IMG/VR virus record: IMGVR_UViG_3300025343_000001
Reading direction: 5' to 3' (one strand)
Length of the DNA: 8,343 nt
Origin: a virus
In this document: piece by piece, positions 6,188 through 8,343 of the stretch
Layout: each line of letters begins with the position of its first letter
Numbering within the stretch: the stretch's first letter is position 1
The notes under the pieces: generated by a model
The model's input: only the letters and a program-made list of their open reading frames with translations
What the model was told of the DNA's origin: nothing
Database searches by the model: none
Position numbers and translations under genes: made by a program

Positions 6188-7957
6188 TTAGTTGTTCAGA
6201 CCGAAGAAGGCGACCACGGCACCGACGCCGAGAGCGACGACTTCTCCGGGCAGTCCGAACATGTCGAGCTGTCCGAGGTCGAGGCCGCCGCCGTTGTTCT
6301 GCGAGTCCTCGAACTTCTCGATCAGGTCTTGATTCTGTTTTTCGAGCTGATCCCACTCCTCCTGTGAAACGTAGTTGTCGTCAGTCTGTGGTTGAGCGTT
6401 GTCGAAGCTCGTAGTCGAAACTTCTTCACCAGATTCAGTGTTCATCAACTTGTCGACGCTAAACGGGCCGTCGAGTTGCAGCGTTTCAAACTGCGTCTCG
6501 GTGGCGGCGGAGACGAAGCGCGCAGATTCAACGTTCGTGATGTTGGTTTCGAGGTCAGCCGAGGCGTCGTAGGACCACGTGCCGTCGCCGTTATCCGTCC
6601 AGTCAACAGCAGGGACAGAGACGGTTTCAGAGGCAGCAGTTGTCACTTCGATTGCGGTTCCCTCATACGGTTCCTCAGTGATCGTTATGGATCCACCATC
6701 GACCGCCGTCTCATAGGCGACCCAGTCGCCCGATACAAGACTCGTGTCGGCCGTGAAGTACACATCACCGACGAAGGTGGACGGGTCGTAGGTCGTACCC
6801 GACTCAATCGGGCCGTCCGACGAGTCGGTTAGCCCGAACGTGCCGGACAGCGTTGCGCCAGTGCTGTTGATAGTGATTGTCGCCTCGCGTTCGAGATCGA
6901 CCGGAATATTAAGCGCAATGAGGTCAGAGATTGCCTGCGAGGTGCCTTCCTCCTCGCTCATCATAGCAGCGCGTTCGCGAGGCGTCACGAGGTCACTGAC
7001 CGAGAGCTCGCCGGACTGAACATCGCCGTAGACGTTCGTAACCCACATCGAGATGCCATCCAAGACGCTTTGGTGCACGGTCGAGATCTCGTCATGGATT
7101 CCCTTCCACGTAGGCCCGTCTAAATATATGACGCTTTCGCCGTCGGGGTTGGGGTTGGAAACGATGACGTTGAAGTTATGGTCGACGTTGTAACCGCGCA
7201 CGTCCAAATTCAGAGGATCAGCAACGGCCCGTGCGCCTTCCACCATACCATTCACGCCCTCTAACTGAAAGGTCGACCCATCGAACAACGTAATGTCTCG
7301 GGTCAATTTGTCCGTGAAATTGCCGAAGTCGCGGTCAACCTTAGTGACCCCTGAATCCAGCACCGCACCCGGACTCAGGTCAGGGTGCGACTGCAGAGTC
7401 GACCGCAGATTGTAGAACTCGCGGACCGACTCATTCCATGTCTTGAGTAGATTCTCCTGAACCGTGCTCAGGTAGGCAGACACAGCAGATTTCGCCGCGG
7501 TTTGAACCTCAGACTCAGAGACTCCCGCGTTCAATTGCTCAATGGCGGCGATCTTGGCGTCGACGTAGGCGGTGTTTTCCACGCCGTCAAGGATGTTCTG
7601 GTTGTCGATGATCGTCGAGGCGTTCGTCGACTTCCGGGTTTTCACAGTCTGATAGACCTGCTGTTTCAGCACGTCACCAGTTAGTCCCTCAGCAGGTGCG
7701 TCAGAGCCGACGACCTCGTATTCACGGAGAGCCCAACCGAGTGCGACAGAGCCGGCGACACCACCGGCAATGATAACCGGAGCGATAGCCTGCCCGTTTT
7801 GGACGGGCGAGCCAGCGACTCGTGATCCGCCGTAGTAGGCCGCGCCAGCGCCAATTGTGGTAGCTCCAACCCGGCCAAGGAATTGTCGTCGATTGATACC
7901 TTCGTGATCTAGATCATCATCTAGATCGGTGTGTTTGTTCTTATTCATTGGAATCAC
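6188..7957 (-). CDS. Envelope/spike-like glycoprotein candidate, 589 aa: twin-arginine signal, large ectodomain, coiled-coil-like segment, C-terminal TM anchor
   Basis: N-terminus has INRRQFLGRVGATTIGAGAA (Tat-type RRxFLG motif plus hydrophobic region). C-terminus LPGEVVALGVGAVVAFFGL is a TM anchor, preceded by the heptad-like QEEWDQLEKQNQDLIEKFE. Five N-x-S/T sequons (NAS, NES, NFT, NST, NIT). The spike function is inferred by analogy to pleolipovirus VP4-type proteins. Confidence 0.7.
   Translation of the reverse strand: MIPMNKNKHTDLDDDLDHEGINRRQFLGRVGATTIGAGAAYYGGSRVAGSPVQNGQAIAPVIIAGGVAGSVALGWALREYEVVGSDAPAEGLTGDVLKQQVYQTVKTRKSTNASTIIDNQNILDGVENTAYVDAKIAAIEQLNAGVSESEVQTAAKSAVSAYLSTVQENLLKTWNESVREFYNLRSTLQSHPDLSPGAVLDSGVTKVDRDFGNFTDKLTRDITLFDGSTFQLEGVNGMVEGARAVADPLNLDVRGYNVDHNFNVIVSNPNPDGESVIYLDGPTWKGIHDEISTVHQSVLDGISMWVTNVYGDVQSGELSVSDLVTPRERAAMMSEEEGTSQAISDLIALNIPVDLEREATITINSTGATLSGTFGLTDSSDGPIESGTTYDPSTFVGDVYFTADTSLVSGDWVAYETAVDGGSITITEEPYEGTAIEVTTAASETVSVPAVDWTDNGDGTWSYDASADLETNITNVESARFVSAATETQFETLQLDGPFSVDKLMNTESGEEVSTTSFDNAQPQTDDNYVSQEEWDQLEKQNQDLIEKFEDSQNNGGGLDLGQLDMFGLPGEVVALGVGAVVAFFGLNN
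7906..7927. repeat. Tandem CTAGATC motifs including a perfect 10-bp palindrome gatctagatc, at the 5' end of the spike gene
   Basis: gatctagatc at 7906..7915 and tctagatcgg at 7920..7929. Encodes HTDLDDDLDH in the spike N-terminal region. Same core motif as the 48-bp repeats. Confidence 0.6.
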
Positions 7958-8135
7958 TTCTATCGTTGTCGTCGATCACGGAGCGGATCGCGTCGGAAAT
8001 ATCTCCAGCACAGTCGACACAGTGATCTCCCGCAACATCGGTGTCGACTCCATTGTGCACTTTAACCACAAGGGCAGGACCAGCCCAGCGCTCGTCGATT
8101 CGGATTTGACAGCAGTCGCAGATTATTGGTCTCAT
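7941..8135 (-). CDS. Small Cys/His-rich protein (64 aa from the ATG at 8135; the ORF is open back to 8165), possible zinc-binding
   Basis: CDCC ... H ... HCVDC pattern. The ATG at 8135 forms an ATGA overlap with the stop of the upstream Cys-rich ORF. Its 3' end overlaps the spike gene start by 17 nt. Confidence 0.35.
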   Translation of the reverse strand: MRPIICDCCQIRIDERWAGPALVVKVHNGVDTDVAGDHCVDCAGDISDAIRSVIDDNDRSDSNE

Positions 8136-8335
8136 TGGCATTTCTCCCCGTTTTCGGAAGAGCATATTGAGCTCCCCGAACAGTGCGGGCAGTCTGTTCC
8201 GTGCATCACTGAGTCAAAGATGCGGTGGCAACTGCAACACCGATGTTTGACACAGGGACCGTGCGATAGAGCGGCGTCTGCACGTTCTATTCGCTGGTTG
8301 AACCGAGTCGAAATGATGTTGATGGCGATTAACAT
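8132..8335 (-). CDS. Small Cys/His-rich protein (67 aa), crossing the terminal-repeat junction
   Basis: CVKHRCCSCH ... H ... CPHCSGSSIC pattern. First gene of the apparent spike operon. No clear TATA box upstream, so support is weak. Confidence 0.3.
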   Translation of the reverse strand: MLIAINIISTRFNQRIERADAALSHGPCVKHRCCSCHRIFDSVMHGTDCPHCSGSSICSSENGEKCQ

Positions 8336-8343
8336 ATTCGCTG
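8217..8343. repeat. Terminal direct repeat, right copy (identical to 1..127)
   Basis: Exact identity to 1..127. The minus-strand ORF 8132..8335 runs through it, so in the circular molecule that ORF begins at coordinate 119. Confidence 0.95.

Noticed and set aside
1100-6356. Longer N-terminal extensions of three genes (starts at 1183, 3794 and 6356 as listed in the ORF track)
   Set aside because: The extensions run through AT-rich promoter-like DNA or hairpins (1183, 3794), or encode an Arg-rich stretch overlapping the upstream gene (6356). Internal ATGs at 1099, 3671 and 6182 give compact, non-overlapping models. Starts remain uncertain without transcript data.
333-6832. Plus-strand ORFs from the six-frame track (for example 333..674, 734..1138, 924..1424, 2904..3371, 4083..4565, 4264..4914, 4562..5257, 5272..5598, 5710..6117, 6053..6367, 6392..6832)
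   Set aside because: All are antisense to longer minus-strand genes with recognisable motifs. Their translations are low-complexity (Arg/Ser/Pro/Gly-rich), as expected from spurious open frames in high-GC DNA. No promoter-like AT-rich island precedes them on the plus strand.
326-7878. Short minus-strand ORFs nested in other frames (326..550, 532..852, 883..1104, 1105..1332, 1642..2112, 2296..2544, 2640..2888, 2914..3105, 3233..3415, 3833..4042, 4115..4411, 4490..4726, 4911..5195, 5654..6004, 7681..7878)
   Set aside because: They overlap the main genes out of frame, are Arg/Ser/Pro-rich and lack motifs. They are most likely GC-driven artefacts.
8178-8199. Weak hairpin gaacag / ctgttc with a 10-nt loop
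   Set aside because: Only a 6-bp stem with a long loop, inside a putative coding region. Not distinguishable from chance.
1-8343. Search for integrase, tRNA or rRNA genes and CRISPR repeats
   Set aside because: No tRNA-like cloverleaf region, no regularly spaced short repeats, and no ORF with recognisable tyrosine or serine recombinase motifs were seen. Absence is stated with moderate certainty because it was judged by eye only.

Overview
High-GC sequence encoding very acidic proteins (haloarchaeal-type composition). The first 127 bp are repeated exactly at the end (1..127 = 8217..8343), so the window most likely shows one complete circular replicon of about 8,216 bp written with a terminal overlap. 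All credible genes lie on the minus strand and are tightly packed, three pairs sharing ATGA stop/start overlaps. In transcription order (high to low coordinate) they are: two small Cys/His-rich ORFs, a 589-aa secreted envelope/spike-like protein (twin-arginine signal, C-terminal anchor), a signal-peptide type-I membrane protein, a 2-TM membrane protein, a Walker A/B P-loop NTPase, a small zinc-finger protein, a 677-aa putative replication protein with an HUH-like motif, a small acidic protein and a 4-TM membrane protein. From memory, this gene order and protein set resemble the small pleomorphic membrane viruses of haloarchaea (pleolipovirus-like) and related plasmids or proviruses; this is inference from motifs, not a database hit. 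No integrase, tRNA, rRNA or CRISPR array was found. Non-coding signals include a three-hairpin GC-rich cluster just upstream of the replication gene, AT-rich promoter-like islands, a hairpin plus T-tract terminator, a 48-bp imperfect repeat present in two different genes, and an over-represented palindromic CTAGATC motif.
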